DNA of 64,000 nucleotides. Origin: a virus. Position numbers and translations under genes: made by a program. This document shows positions 36,461 through 48,752 of this stretch, piece by piece. Under the pieces are notes generated by a model, which searched no databases, had not been told where the DNA came from, and saw only the letters and a program-made list of their open reading frames with translations. Within the stretch, counting starts at the first letter, position 1. Every line of letters starts with the position of its first letter. The stretch covers positions 64,001 through 128,000 of IMG/VR virus record IMGVR_UViG_3300023179_000013, one strand, 5' to 3'.

Positions 36461-37567
36461 ATGGCGAAAGCAAAAAGCTCACTTAGTGAGGTTGTATCTG
36501 CCTCCTTGAAAGGTGGTTTCGATTTGGATAAGTTTAAGAAATCCAAATTCTTAGATCAATCCTCAAAATTTAAAAAACAGCGCTGGTTAACATTCTCACC
36601 AGCACTACGTGATGCGCTTTCAATTCCTGGTATTCCTCTGGGCCACGTGTTCGTGGCTCGAGGAGGATCAGATACAGGTAAAACTACTATGCTGATTGAA
36701 GCAGCAGTTGAAGCTCAAAAGCAAGGTATATTGCCTGTATTTATCATTACTGAAATGAAATGGGACTTCTCACATGCTCAGAAAATGGGATTCCAGTGTG
36801 AAGCAGTTCCTGATGATGCAACTGGAGAAGTAGTAGATTACAAAGGATTCTTCCTCTATGTAGATAGATCCTCTCTAAACACTATTGAAGATGTATCTCA
36901 TTTCATTGCTGATATTTTAAGCGAACAGAAAGATGGTAAATTACCTCATGATCTATTGTTCCTATGGGACTCAGTAGGTTCTATTCCATGCGAAATGAGC
37001 GTTAAACAAGGTAATAATAACCCTATGTGGAACGCAGGCGCTATGGCAACTCAATTTGGTAATTTCATTAACCAACAATTCCCACTATCACGTAAAGAAA
37101 GTTATCCATACACTAATACATTATTCATTATTAACAAAACAGGTGTACAACCAGCATTAACGCCTATGAGTCAACCTCGTATGACTAATAAAGGTGGTAA
37201 CTCAATGTACTGGGATGCTACAATTGTAGCTACATTTGGTAACGTTACTAATAGTGGTACTTCAAAAATTAGTGTACAACATAAGGGTAAGAAAGTAGAA
37301 TTTGCAAAACGTACTAAAATCGCTATCGATAAGATTCATGCTGATTATGGTATTGCTACTGCATCAACTGTACTTGTTACTCCTCACGGATTCATTCCTG
37401 ATACGCCTGAGGCAATTAAAGAGTACAAGAAAACCTATGCTCATGAATGGTTTAATGAAGCCATTGATGTATCTGACCTAGTACAGGTTGAAGATAATAG
37501 CGAATGGGAAGAAAGTAGTAAAATATCACCAACAATCGAAATCGATAACGAAGGAAATGAAGAATAA
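36461..37567 (+). CDS. uvsX: RecA/UvsX-like recombinase
   Basis: GIPLG, Walker A GGSDTGKT, ITEMKW, WDSVGS, KGG. Confidence 0.85.
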   Translation: MAKAKSSLSEVVSASLKGGFDLDKFKKSKFLDQSSKFKKQRWLTFSPALRDALSIPGIPLGHVFVARGGSDTGKTTMLIEAAVEAQKQGILPVFIITEMKWDFSHAQKMGFQCEAVPDDATGEVVDYKGFFLYVDRSSLNTIEDVSHFIADILSEQKDGKLPHDLLFLWDSVGSIPCEMSVKQGNNNPMWNAGAMATQFGNFINQQFPLSRKESYPYTNTLFIINKTGVQPALTPMSQPRMTNKGGNSMYWDATIVATFGNVTNSGTSKISVQHKGKKVEFAKRTKIAIDKIHADYGIATASTVLVTPHGFIPDTPEAIKEYKKTYAHEWFNEAIDVSDLVQVEDNSEWEESSKISPTIEIDNEGNEE

Positions 37568-38582
37568 ATATGCGGACATGTTGTCCAAAGTCAATAATGA
37601 TCAGCGTGGAGTTTCTGACTCCATTCTGATTATTGATGGTTTAAATACCTTTCTTAGATCATTTACTATGATCAACCATATAAATCCAGACGGCCACCAC
37701 ATAGGTGGCCTAACTGGATTTTTAAAATCAGTTGGGTATGCTATCAAAATGATAGAACCAACCAAAGTAATTATAGTATTTGATGGAGCTGGAGGATCTA
37801 ACGCCAAACGAAATTTATATCCTGAATATAAAGCAAACAGAAATAAATCTCGAATGACTAATTACTCTATCTTTAGCTCTAAAGATGAAGAGAACGAGTC
37901 TATCAATAACCAGATGGCAAGATTGATTCAGTACCTTCAATGCCTACCAGTTACAATGATTGTAGTAGATGGAATTGAAGCAGATGATACAATTGGCTAT
38001 TTAGTAGGTAAATTTGAAAAATACCCTTCAACTAAAGAAGTAACAATATTATCAGCCGATAAAGATTTCCTTCAATTAGTAAGTAATAAGGTTCAAGTAT
38101 ATTCTCCAACCAAAAAGAAAATATACAAACCAAAAGACGTATTAGATGAATTTAATGTTAGTAGCTACAATTTCGTTAACTATAAAATATTAATGGGAGA
38201 CAATTCAGATAACCTACCTGGTATTGATGGTTTAGGACCTAAAAAGGTAATTAAAATGTTTCCTGAATTAGCTAGCGACACACCAACAACATTAAATGAA
38301 ATGTTAGAAAAAGCAAACAATAAAATAGGTGAACATGATTTGTATGCTCGTATAGTTGAAAGAAAACATCAATTAGAAATTAATAGTAAACTGATGAATT
38401 TGCAGACTATGCCTATATCACCTGAGAATATAGAAATAATACAACGTAGTTTTAATTTGCCTTATGAATTGAATGCTCATGCATTTATGACTATGTATGT
38501 AGCTGATCGCCTTGGAGAAAGTATACCAAATACTCCTAATTGGCTTAATCAAGTATTTGGTCCTTTAAATTCCTTTAAGTAA
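37557..38582 (+). CDS. 5'-3' exonuclease/RNase H (FEN-like)
   Basis: IIDGLN, VFDG, YPEYKANR, EADD, SADKDFLQL, GDNSDNLPG..GLGPK; start moved to the ATG at 37557. Confidence 0.92.
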   Translation: MKNKYADMLSKVNNDQRGVSDSILIIDGLNTFLRSFTMINHINPDGHHIGGLTGFLKSVGYAIKMIEPTKVIIVFDGAGGSNAKRNLYPEYKANRNKSRMTNYSIFSSKDEENESINNQMARLIQYLQCLPVTMIVVDGIEADDTIGYLVGKFEKYPSTKEVTILSADKDFLQLVSNKVQVYSPTKKKIYKPKDVLDEFNVSSYNFVNYKILMGDNSDNLPGIDGLGPKKVIKMFPELASDTPTTLNEMLEKANNKIGEHDLYARIVERKHQLEINSKLMNLQTMPISPENIEIIQRSFNLPYELNAHAFMTMYVADRLGESIPNTPNWLNQVFGPLNSFK

Positions 38583-38598
38583 ATTTATAAAATAAGTT

Positions 38599-39981
38599 AT
38601 GACAACATTAAGTAAATTAAATCAATACGGAAACGCGTTTCAAGTTAAAGTACTAGGAGCACTATTAACACAACGTGAGTTCCTTCTCAACATAGCAGAT
38701 TCATTAGACCCAGAATACTTTGAATCCAGTGCTCATAAATGGACAGTAGAATACGTTCAAAAATACTTCCAACAATATCACACTTATCCCACTATTGAAA
38801 CATTATCAATCGAAATTAAAAAAATTGAAAATGAGGTATTACGAATTTCTCTCACTGACTCACTTCGTGAAGCTTATAAAATGGCTGACGTTAGTGATTT
38901 GGAATGGGTTGAAAAAGAATTTAGCGATTTCTGTAAGAACCAGCAAATGAAAAAAGCCATTATGACCTCTGTTGATCTACTCAACATGGGAGATTATGAT
39001 GGTATCAGAGCATTGATTAACGATGCTATGAAAGCAGGTGAAGATAAAAACGTTGGTTTGGATTATGCAGTAGATATTGAAACACGATATCGCGATGATG
39101 ATAGAGGCGCTATTCCATTCCCTTGGAAAACATTCAACGACCTTACACAAGGTGGTTATGGTAAAGGCGATTTAGTACTACTATTCGGTAACCCAGGCGG
39201 TGGTAAATCATGGGGTGTTATGGCTATGGGTGCTTACGCAGCAGCATTAGGATATAATGTTATCCACTACACACTAGAACTATCTGAAGGGTACGTTGGT
39301 AAACGTTATGATGCAATATTTTCAGGTATTGATGTTGATAAACTAAATGAGCATCGTACAGATGTGGAAGAATCAATTGCTAAGGTTAAGGGTAAAATAA
39401 TGATTAAAGAATACGCACCTAAACGCGCGTCTTTAGATACGATAGAGGCCCATCTTCAGCAACTTGAACATCAGAATGAGTTTAAACCCGATTTGATTAT
39501 AATTGATTATTTGGACTTGCTACGCACTAAAGGTAGAAAGGAACGTAAGGATGAAATTGATGACGTTTACACTGATGCTAAAGGTTTAGCAAAACAGCTC
39601 ATGATTCCAATTGTATCACCATCACAAGCAAATAGAACAGGCGCTGATGAAGATATCTTACAAGCTAAAAACGCAGCAGGATCATACGATAAGATCATGA
39701 TTGGAGATATCATTGTATCATTAGCACGTGGACGTAAAGATAAAGTAAACGGAACAGGTAACTGGCACTTCATCAAAAACAGATATGGTGCTGATGGATT
39801 AACATTCAGCTCCAAAATTAATACCGCAAACGGATTTATAGATATATACGATCAACCTCTAGATGATGAAGAATTTGAAACTAAGAAGAACAATAAGAAA
39901 ACAAATGACTTCTCTGATGTAGGAGTAGAAGATAGATTTGTTCTTCGAAGTAAGTTTGCTAAATTTGAAGAGGAACAATAG
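38599..39981 (+). CDS. Replicative DnaB-like helicase (gp41-like)
   Basis: GNPGGGKS, TLELSE, IIIDYLDLL, SQANR, KNRYG. Confidence 0.92.
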   Translation: MTTLSKLNQYGNAFQVKVLGALLTQREFLLNIADSLDPEYFESSAHKWTVEYVQKYFQQYHTYPTIETLSIEIKKIENEVLRISLTDSLREAYKMADVSDLEWVEKEFSDFCKNQQMKKAIMTSVDLLNMGDYDGIRALINDAMKAGEDKNVGLDYAVDIETRYRDDDRGAIPFPWKTFNDLTQGGYGKGDLVLLFGNPGGGKSWGVMAMGAYAAALGYNVIHYTLELSEGYVGKRYDAIFSGIDVDKLNEHRTDVEESIAKVKGKIMIKEYAPKRASLDTIEAHLQQLEHQNEFKPDLIIIDYLDLLRTKGRKERKDEIDDVYTDAKGLAKQLMIPIVSPSQANRTGADEDILQAKNAAGSYDKIMIGDIIVSLARGRKDKVNGTGNWHFIKNRYGADGLTFSSKINTANGFIDIYDQPLDDEEFETKKNNKKTNDFSDVGVEDRFVLRSKFAKFEEEQ

Positions 39982-40016
39982 TATATACTATATTTATAAC
40001 TACACAAATAAAAGAT

Positions 40017-40283
40017 ATGTTAACAGTAAAAAGATACACTGCAACGTGGTGCCAACCATGTAAGCAACTTGCCCCTATATTTGAAGAATTGCAAAGAGAG
40101 ATAACAAATACTCATTTTGAAACAATTGACGTTGACATGGACAGAGAAGCAGCCATAGAAAAAGGAATATCTTCTGTTCCAACAGTTATATTAGAAAAAG
40201 ATGGAACACAAGTATACCGCTTTAGTGGTGTGTTACCTAAATCGGTTATAGCTGGTATCATTAAACAACATCTAAACAACTAA
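40017..40283 (+). CDS. trxA: Thioredoxin
   Basis: ATWCQPCK, SVPT. Confidence 0.93.
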   Translation: MLTVKRYTATWCQPCKQLAPIFEELQREITNTHFETIDVDMDREAAIEKGISSVPTVILEKDGTQVYRFSGVLPKSVIAGIIKQHLNN

Positions 40284-40298
40284 AAAATAGAACAAAAA

Positions 40299-42712
<2,414 letters not shown>

Positions 42713-42715
42713 TAT

Positions 42716-43396
42716 ATGAAAAAAGGTTATGTTTTACTGGTTATTTTACTCCTAGCATTTACTAGTTGTAAGAAAGTTCTTGGTATTAGAGATGATCCAT
42801 ACCCATTTGAAAATGGTAAACGATCAAAATTAGCTATGCGCTATCCTCAAGACGCTAGAGGTTATTATCTAGTTCCAATTGATACAACAACTAATTCAAA
42901 TCGATTTGACATTTATGTTGAAGCAACTAAACTAATTCCATTCTACTGGTACAATGGAACATCAGTAATGAGTGTTAAATTTGATTGTAATTCATATTGG
43001 GTATTAGGAGCAGGACAAAATGACCTGGTAGTTAACATTCCATTATATAGCCCATTTACTAGCTTATATAGTAGCCCATACTTTAATACTCCACTTCCAG
43101 TAAAAGATACTACTGTAGTATTAAACCAATATAGAAACAGTATTGTGTCTGTTGTGCAGGAGTCAAGCATATATTTAAAAGAATATTTCCCTGGCAGCAT
43201 GTATCAACCAGCAGATGAATATCAGCCTGAAAGTGGGATGATGTGGGGTAAGCGTATTGTAGGTCCTATTCCTAGATATTTTAAGGGAGATACTATAACA
43301 GTATATTCTAAAATCTTTTGGGATGCCGGAAATTATACTTATACTCACCCTCAAGAGACAACTAAAATTGATAGCGTAAAAGTAATCTTTAAATAA
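42716..43396 (+). CDS. Putative lipoprotein
   Basis: Signal peptide II MKKGYVLLVILLLAFTS-C. Confidence 0.7.
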   Translation: MKKGYVLLVILLLAFTSCKKVLGIRDDPYPFENGKRSKLAMRYPQDARGYYLVPIDTTTNSNRFDIYVEATKLIPFYWYNGTSVMSVKFDCNSYWVLGAGQNDLVVNIPLYSPFTSLYSSPYFNTPLPVKDTTVVLNQYRNSIVSVVQESSIYLKEYFPGSMYQPADEYQPESGMMWGKRIVGPIPRYFKGDTITVYSKIFWDAGNYTYTHPQETTKIDSVKVIFK

Positions 43397-43992
43397 TGAA
43401 AAAACAATACATCACTAGAAAAGGTTCATTTGACTCTGGTCATAGAGTAATGAATGAACGAATGAAATGCTTTAACATTCATGGACATACTTACCTGTAT
43501 GAGCTTGAATTTGAATTTAATGAAATGGAAGAAATCGGTTATGCAATCGATTTTAAAGAAATTAAACGTGTAGGATGTCAGTGGATTGATGATATTCTAG
43601 ATCACGGTATGATTTTAAATCCACAAGACACTAAATTAATTGAAACTACTAAAGATTATGGTACTAAAATATGGTTAATGTCTTTAAGTGGTGAAGGACA
43701 ATATTGCAATCCATCAGTAGAAAATATTGCTAAAGAGGTATTCCTAGCAATGATGGTATTATTTCAACCATATAAGAATCTTAGAATTCATAAAGTAACT
43801 ATTTATGAAACACCAAATTGCTCCACAATATGTCTTAGAGAATCAATCTCAGATATTGAAGCAAATAACTGGATGAAAGTTAGATTCAATGAAGTAAATC
43901 AATATGCAACAGATAAAGGAGTAATTGAATATGACGACAGAAAAATATCAGATTCATCAACTGAGCAGATTAATTATCTCGAAAACAAATAA
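43396..43992 (+). CDS. queD: 6-carboxytetrahydropterin synthase
   Basis: FDSGHR..CFNIHGHTY, IDFKEIK, LDH, PSVENIA, YETP. Confidence 0.9.
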   Translation: MKKQYITRKGSFDSGHRVMNERMKCFNIHGHTYLYELEFEFNEMEEIGYAIDFKEIKRVGCQWIDDILDHGMILNPQDTKLIETTKDYGTKIWLMSLSGEGQYCNPSVENIAKEVFLAMMVLFQPYKNLRIHKVTIYETPNCSTICLRESISDIEANNWMKVRFNEVNQYATDKGVIEYDDRKISDSSTEQINYLENK

Positions 43993-44005
43993 TCTAAATT
44001 AATAT

Positions 44006-44791
44006 ATGAAAGTCAGTCACGAACTGCCAATTGAATTATTACATTATAGTTATGCATGGAATGATTATGATTATTGTCTTCCCCATCTAATAGACAAATC
44101 AGATAGATATAGATTATTCTTTCAAAAAGCTCGTTTAAATAAACGTTTTATTATCATGGATAATGGTCTGTTTGAAGGAGTAAAACATACAACAGAGGAT
44201 CTATTTAATAAAATGTTTATTGTTAATCCTAATATCTTTATTGTACCTGATGAATGGAATGATTCAGCTGCTACTATTAGAAATGCTAAGCATTGGATGA
44301 TTAACTATAAAAAAGATTTACCTGATCAAACTAATTTAATGGCAGTATGTCAAGGTAAAACCATAGCTGATTTAATTACTACATATCAAACATTAGTTGA
44401 TTTAGGTTATAAACACATTGCATTTAATCATTCAAGTGAAGCATACTCAAACAAATACCCCGAACATACTCCGGTATATGCTAAGATGTATGGTAGAATT
44501 GAATTGATTAGAGTGTTAATGGAAAGAGATATTATTAGAAAAGACATTTACCATCATTTGCTTGGTGTCTCATTACCTCAAGAGATAATTGCTTATAGTG
44601 GATTTGACTGGATTAAATCAGTAGACACTTCTAATCCAATTATTGTTGGTTATAAAGGAGAACGCTATACAGATAGTGGTATTAATTTCAAACCAACTGA
44701 AAAGATAGAAGATCTCTTTGATAAAGACTTGGAAGACAAGATGGAAGATATTATCTTTAATGTAAACAAATTTAAACAATATGCCAAATAA
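44006..44791 (+). CDS. TGT-fold transglycosylase, probable divergent DpdA (7-deazaguanine DNA insertion)
   Basis: IMDNGLFE, IVPD, MAVCQG, HHLLG and SVDTS echo TGT/DpdA barrel motifs; lies between queD and queC. Confidence 0.65.
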   Translation: MKVSHELPIELLHYSYAWNDYDYCLPHLIDKSDRYRLFFQKARLNKRFIIMDNGLFEGVKHTTEDLFNKMFIVNPNIFIVPDEWNDSAATIRNAKHWMINYKKDLPDQTNLMAVCQGKTIADLITTYQTLVDLGYKHIAFNHSSEAYSNKYPEHTPVYAKMYGRIELIRVLMERDIIRKDIYHHLLGVSLPQEIIAYSGFDWIKSVDTSNPIIVGYKGERYTDSGINFKPTEKIEDLFDKDLEDKMEDIIFNVNKFKQYAK

Positions 44792-45059
44792 AATGTTATC
44801 GTTGTTTGATTATTTAGGCCAACCAGCCGGAAAAGAATTAGGAGCACAAGTTGCTGCCTATGCTAAAATTAGAAAAGCAAGTTATAGTTCACGTTACGTA
44901 ACTAATCCTAAATACAGTGGACCAGTATTGTTGTATACTAAAGAATTTCTTGATGAATGTTTTTTAATTAAAAAAATATTCACAGACAATACAGACTATA
45001 CTGAAATCAACACTCAGTTAGCAGAAGAAGCATTTAATAAAACAGAAAATATATTTTAA
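44781..45059 (+). CDS. Hypothetical protein
   Basis: 92-aa ORF overlapping both neighbours. Confidence 0.6.
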   Translation: MPNKMLSLFDYLGQPAGKELGAQVAAYAKIRKASYSSRYVTNPKYSGPVLLYTKEFLDECFLIKKIFTDNTDYTEINTQLAEEAFNKTENIF

Positions 45060-45907
45060 TGAAAAAAGCAGTATTATCCTTAAGTGGAGGAATGGATAGC
45101 TCTACTTTGCTGCTTCATCTACTTGCCCATGGCTATGAAGTAACAGCATTGTCCTTTGATTATGGACAAAAACATCGCGTTGAACTTGAGCGTGCTAAAG
45201 CATTAATAGAATATATTAATGATAGAATGTTCTATAACAAAACAGATAATTATGTAAAACATCAAATTATCAAACTAGATGGATTACAACAATTACTCAA
45301 CTCAGCACTTGTAACAGGTGGTAAAGACGTTCCTGAAGGTCACTACGAGCAAGATAATATGAAAGAAACAGTAGTACCTAACCGCAATAAAATCTTTGCT
45401 TCATTAATTCAAGCAGTAGCATTATCAGTTGCTACTAAAGGTGAAAAACAAGAGTGTGTTATTGCGATGGGTATTCATGCTGGTGACCACGCTATTTATC
45501 CTGATTGTAGACAAGAGTTTCGCGATGCTGATTTTGAAGCATTTAAGATTGGTAATTGGGATTCTGAATTAGTATCACATTATACTCCTTACCTTCATAC
45601 TGACAAGTTAGGCATTTTAAGAGATGGAGAAGTATGTTGTCAAAAATTAGATTTAGATTTTGATGAAGTATATAAACGTACTAATACATCTTACAAACCT
45701 ATTCCTATTATTGGAACATACGATGAAAAAATAGTATGGTACTCTGATTATAAATCAGCAGCATCAGTAGAACGTATTGAATCTTTTATTAAACTAGGTC
45801 GTAAAGATCCTGTAGCTTATGCTGATGAAACTGGTCCTGTAAAATGGGAAGTAGCTAAAGCACACGTAGAAAAAGTATTAGAACAACATAGAACAACAAA
45901 TTTGTAA
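45059..45907 (+). CDS. queC: 7-cyano-7-deazaguanine synthase-like protein (Zn-site cysteines absent)
   Basis: LSLSGGMDS, FDYGQKH..EL, VPNRN, YPDCR. Confidence 0.9.
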   Translation: MKKAVLSLSGGMDSSTLLLHLLAHGYEVTALSFDYGQKHRVELERAKALIEYINDRMFYNKTDNYVKHQIIKLDGLQQLLNSALVTGGKDVPEGHYEQDNMKETVVPNRNKIFASLIQAVALSVATKGEKQECVIAMGIHAGDHAIYPDCRQEFRDADFEAFKIGNWDSELVSHYTPYLHTDKLGILRDGEVCCQKLDLDFDEVYKRTNTSYKPIPIIGTYDEKIVWYSDYKSAASVERIESFIKLGRKDPVAYADETGPVKWEVAKAHVEKVLEQHRTTNL

Positions 45908-45926
45908 ACAAATATCCCTTATAGTT

Positions 45927-46169
45927 ATGAGTTATCAGACAAAGGTACGTGCGAATTACCTTAATCGCACAGCAAAATTGAGCTTCTTTAAGAACCGTCA
46001 ACGTAATGGCGATGTAGCTCGTCTTGCAGACGAAACAGGCTACACAGAGCGTATGATTTATTACACCCTCACTGGTGAGCGTCGTGTAAACCAAACCATC
46101 GCTAACGCAATGTATAATCTTACTCGTCGCCGCATGCGCAACGAAGATTATATCGTAGCTACGGCTTAA
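45927..46169 (+). CDS. Small basic HTH-like DNA-binding protein
   Basis: GDVARLADETGYTERMIYYTL helix-turn-helix pattern; Arg-rich. Confidence 0.6.
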   Translation: MSYQTKVRANYLNRTAKLSFFKNRQRNGDVARLADETGYTERMIYYTLTGERRVNQTIANAMYNLTRRRMRNEDYIVATA

Positions 46170-46184
46170 TAAGCCAACAAACTC

Positions 46185-46223
46185 AACATCCCCATTTCCT
46201 AGAGAGTGGGGATGTTTTATTTT
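46185..46223 (+). terminator. Rho-independent terminator
   Basis: AACATCCCCA...TGGGGATGTT followed by TTATTTT. Confidence 0.8.
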
Positions 46224-46236
46224 AAATTACAAATTT

Positions 46237-47082
46237 ATGAAAATATTAGTAACAGGAGGAGCAGGATTTATTGGAACTAATCTTATTAAAAGATTACTTA
46301 ATAAAGGTCATACTGTTCAATCGTTAGATAATTACGATAGTGGTTTAAGAGAAAATGAAATTGAGGGATGTACTTATTATTTTGGTGATGTTAGATCAAT
46401 TGGAACAATGGATAAAGACATTGATTTAATTTATCATTTAGCTGGTCTAAGTAGAATCCAACCATCATTTCAAAACCCAAATAATACATTTGAAGTTAAT
46501 ACAATCGGAACTCAAGAAGTATGTGATTTTGCAAAACACATTAAAGCAAAATTAATATATGCTGGTTCATCTTCTCGTTGGCACAATCCATATCAATCAC
46601 CTTATGCTTGTTATAAACATCTAGGAGAGGAAATATGTAAAATGTATCGAACTACTTTTAATACTAATATTGAAATTGCTAGATTTTATAACGTTTATGG
46701 TCCTCATGAAATAGTAGATGGAGATTGGGCTGCGGTAACTGGTATTTGGAGACGTCAAGTAAGAGATGGTCAACCACTTACAATAGTAGGTGATGGAGAA
46801 CAACGCCGTGATTTTACTCATGTAGATGATATTGTAGATGGATTATATAAAATAGGAACAAGTAAAGAAAAACATGAAGATGCCTGGGAATTAGGAACAG
46901 GTAAAAATTATTCTATAAATGAAGTAGCAGACATGTTTGTTGAAAAATTTGGATGTAAAAAACAATATATTCCGAATCAAAAAGGCAACTATAGAGAAAC
47001 ATTAAGAGAAAATAATGACGCTATGGAGCGTTTAGGATGGCAACCATCAGATAAATTAAAGCAATATATTCAATCACTATAA
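46237..47082 (+). CDS. NAD-dependent epimerase/dehydratase (extended SDR)
   Basis: GGAGFIG, YAGSSS, YACYK, RFYNVYGP, GDGEQRRDFTHVDD. Confidence 0.93.
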   Translation: MKILVTGGAGFIGTNLIKRLLNKGHTVQSLDNYDSGLRENEIEGCTYYFGDVRSIGTMDKDIDLIYHLAGLSRIQPSFQNPNNTFEVNTIGTQEVCDFAKHIKAKLIYAGSSSRWHNPYQSPYACYKHLGEEICKMYRTTFNTNIEIARFYNVYGPHEIVDGDWAAVTGIWRRQVRDGQPLTIVGDGEQRRDFTHVDDIVDGLYKIGTSKEKHEDAWELGTGKNYSINEVADMFVEKFGCKKQYIPNQKGNYRETLRENNDAMERLGWQPSDKLKQYIQSL

Positions 47083-47090
47083 AATAAAAC

Positions 47091-47327
47091 ATGGACAATA
47101 TGAAGTGTTTAAAAAATACAAAAACAGGAAACATCATCAGAGTAGATAATAAACAAGCTAACCAAATGGTTGGCTCTCAATGGTCTTATATAGCGAAATC
47201 AGAATGGAAATTAGCTACACGTGTACCAGTGTCAGAAAAACAAACTGAAGAGGCTGAAAAGAAAGAAGTAACAATCAGTGAAAAAGCTCTTAAGCGTAAT
47301 AAACTTAAAGAAAAACAAAGACAATGA
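47091..47327 (+). CDS. Hypothetical basic protein
   Basis: 78-aa ORF. Confidence 0.65.
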   Translation: MDNMKCLKNTKTGNIIRVDNKQANQMVGSQWSYIAKSEWKLATRVPVSEKQTEEAEKKEVTISEKALKRNKLKEKQRQ

Positions 47328-47449
47328 TACATGAGATAACCCACATATTAGGACTATGTGGTGAAAAACATCTTAATGCTATGGTTATAATGTTTGATTG
47401 GCAAAATCTTAGTCCTATATTTAATTATATAAAAACATTATTCAAATGA
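47324..47449 (+). CDS. Small ORF (41 aa, MIHEITHILGLCGEKHLN...), absent from the ORF track
   Basis: ATGA overlaps at both ends with the neighbouring genes. Confidence 0.55.
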   Translation: MIHEITHILGLCGEKHLNAMVIMFDWQNLSPIFNYIKTLFK

Positions 47450-48339
47450 GTAAAATAGATCCAAATAAACTACTAATCAGTAGTGATTTCTATTCCATCC
47501 AAGGTGAAGGAATAAGCAGTGGAGTACCATCATATTTCGTTAGATTAGGTATCTGTAACCTAACTTGCGGTATGAGCCGTAAGTTTGCCAATCAATTAGA
47601 GAAAGATAAGAATCTAGAAGACGGTGAAATATTCGTAGGTGATTTACATGCTGAAGGTAAAGCAACTTGGACTTGTGATAGTACATCTCAATGGTTATGG
47701 AGAGGTGAAGATAAAGAATTCCAATATTTAATTGATAGATGGAAGGAACAAGGTATCTATGAAGATATTAAGAATAGTACTATCCATATCATTTGGACTG
47801 GTGGTGAACCTACAATTAAAGGGCATCAAGAAGCAATTGTTAACTTTCATAAGTATTGGAATGATATAGTATACTATGAAACATTGAATAAATTAAAAAA
47901 TACAACTGTATTAGATGAAGATGTATACGATCACATGGATTTAAATCCATTTAATGAAATAGAAACTAATGGTACAGTTGTAATTGAAGATAATTTGTTT
48001 GAATTAATTGATCAAATTAACTGCTCACCCAAGTTAGCAAACTCAGGTATGACTAAGAAGCAACGCTTCAACGAAGAAGCTCTTAAACGCATCATGGAAC
48101 ATCCGAATTATCAATTTAAATTTGTAATATCCAATGAAGAAGACGTACAAGAAATTTTTAGCGAATTTGTGTTACCACTTAGCATACCTCTTAAGAATGT
48201 AGTCTGCATGCCAGGATTAGATGACGTAGCTAACTTTGAAGAGCGTACTCAGTTTTGTTTGGAGATGGCTAAGAAGTATAAGTTCCGTGGATTGACTCGT
48301 TTGCATATTGCAGCTTGGAATAAAACGTTGAATGTATAA
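47446..48339 (+). CDS. queE: 7-carboxy-7-deazaguanine synthase (radical SAM)
   Basis: FYSIQGEG, FVRL..CNLTC...WTCDS, TGGEP, IETNG, CSPKL, FKFVI, RLHI. Confidence 0.9.
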   Translation: MSKIDPNKLLISSDFYSIQGEGISSGVPSYFVRLGICNLTCGMSRKFANQLEKDKNLEDGEIFVGDLHAEGKATWTCDSTSQWLWRGEDKEFQYLIDRWKEQGIYEDIKNSTIHIIWTGGEPTIKGHQEAIVNFHKYWNDIVYYETLNKLKNTTVLDEDVYDHMDLNPFNEIETNGTVVIEDNLFELIDQINCSPKLANSGMTKKQRFNEEALKRIMEHPNYQFKFVISNEEDVQEIFSEFVLPLSIPLKNVVCMPGLDDVANFEERTQFCLEMAKKYKFRGLTRLHIAAWNKTLNV

Positions 48340-48545
48340 TGAAAGAGCTAGATCTTCATGGTTTAAAACACTATGATGTTAAGGACACAGTTGAGAACTT
48401 TATTCTAATGAATAGTACCCCATTCCGTATTATAACAGGCAGATCAGACAAAATGAGAGAACTAGTAGAAACAACATTGAAAAAACATCGTTTTGAATTT
48501 TATACTCCTGCTCACAACCCAGGAGAAATAATTGTAATAGATTAA
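48339..48545 (+). CDS. Small Smr-domain protein
   Basis: LDLHG...IITG...NPG. Confidence 0.75.
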   Translation: MKELDLHGLKHYDVKDTVENFILMNSTPFRIITGRSDKMRELVETTLKKHRFEFYTPAHNPGEIIVID

Positions 48546-48547
48546 TT

Positions 48548-48721
48548 ATGCTAGACGCAACTGAACAACGTATTGCTAATTTGCTTAGAAGCAACGGAGC
48601 AACTGACACACAAATTGAAATGTACTTAGATGATATTTTCTCCTTTAGTGATCCCAAGCTATATGAGAATTCTGATGATGAAGATATCTTAAGTGACTTT
48701 GAAGATTGGTTGGGAGAATAA
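48548..48721 (+). CDS. Small acidic ORF (57 aa, MLDATEQRIANLLR...), absent from the ORF track
   Basis: Fills the gap between the Smr gene and folE. Confidence 0.6.
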   Translation: MLDATEQRIANLLRSNGATDTQIEMYLDDIFSFSDPKLYENSDDEDILSDFEDWLGE

Positions 48722-48752
48722 ATTTAAAATCATATATTTAATAAAAATAAAG

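Noticed and set aside
48693-48752. N-terminal extensions given by the ORF track for folE (and similarly for 20084, 20271, 29584, 37488 and 53998)
   Set aside because: They overlap upstream genes or promoter motifs; downstream ATGs fit the family N-termini better.
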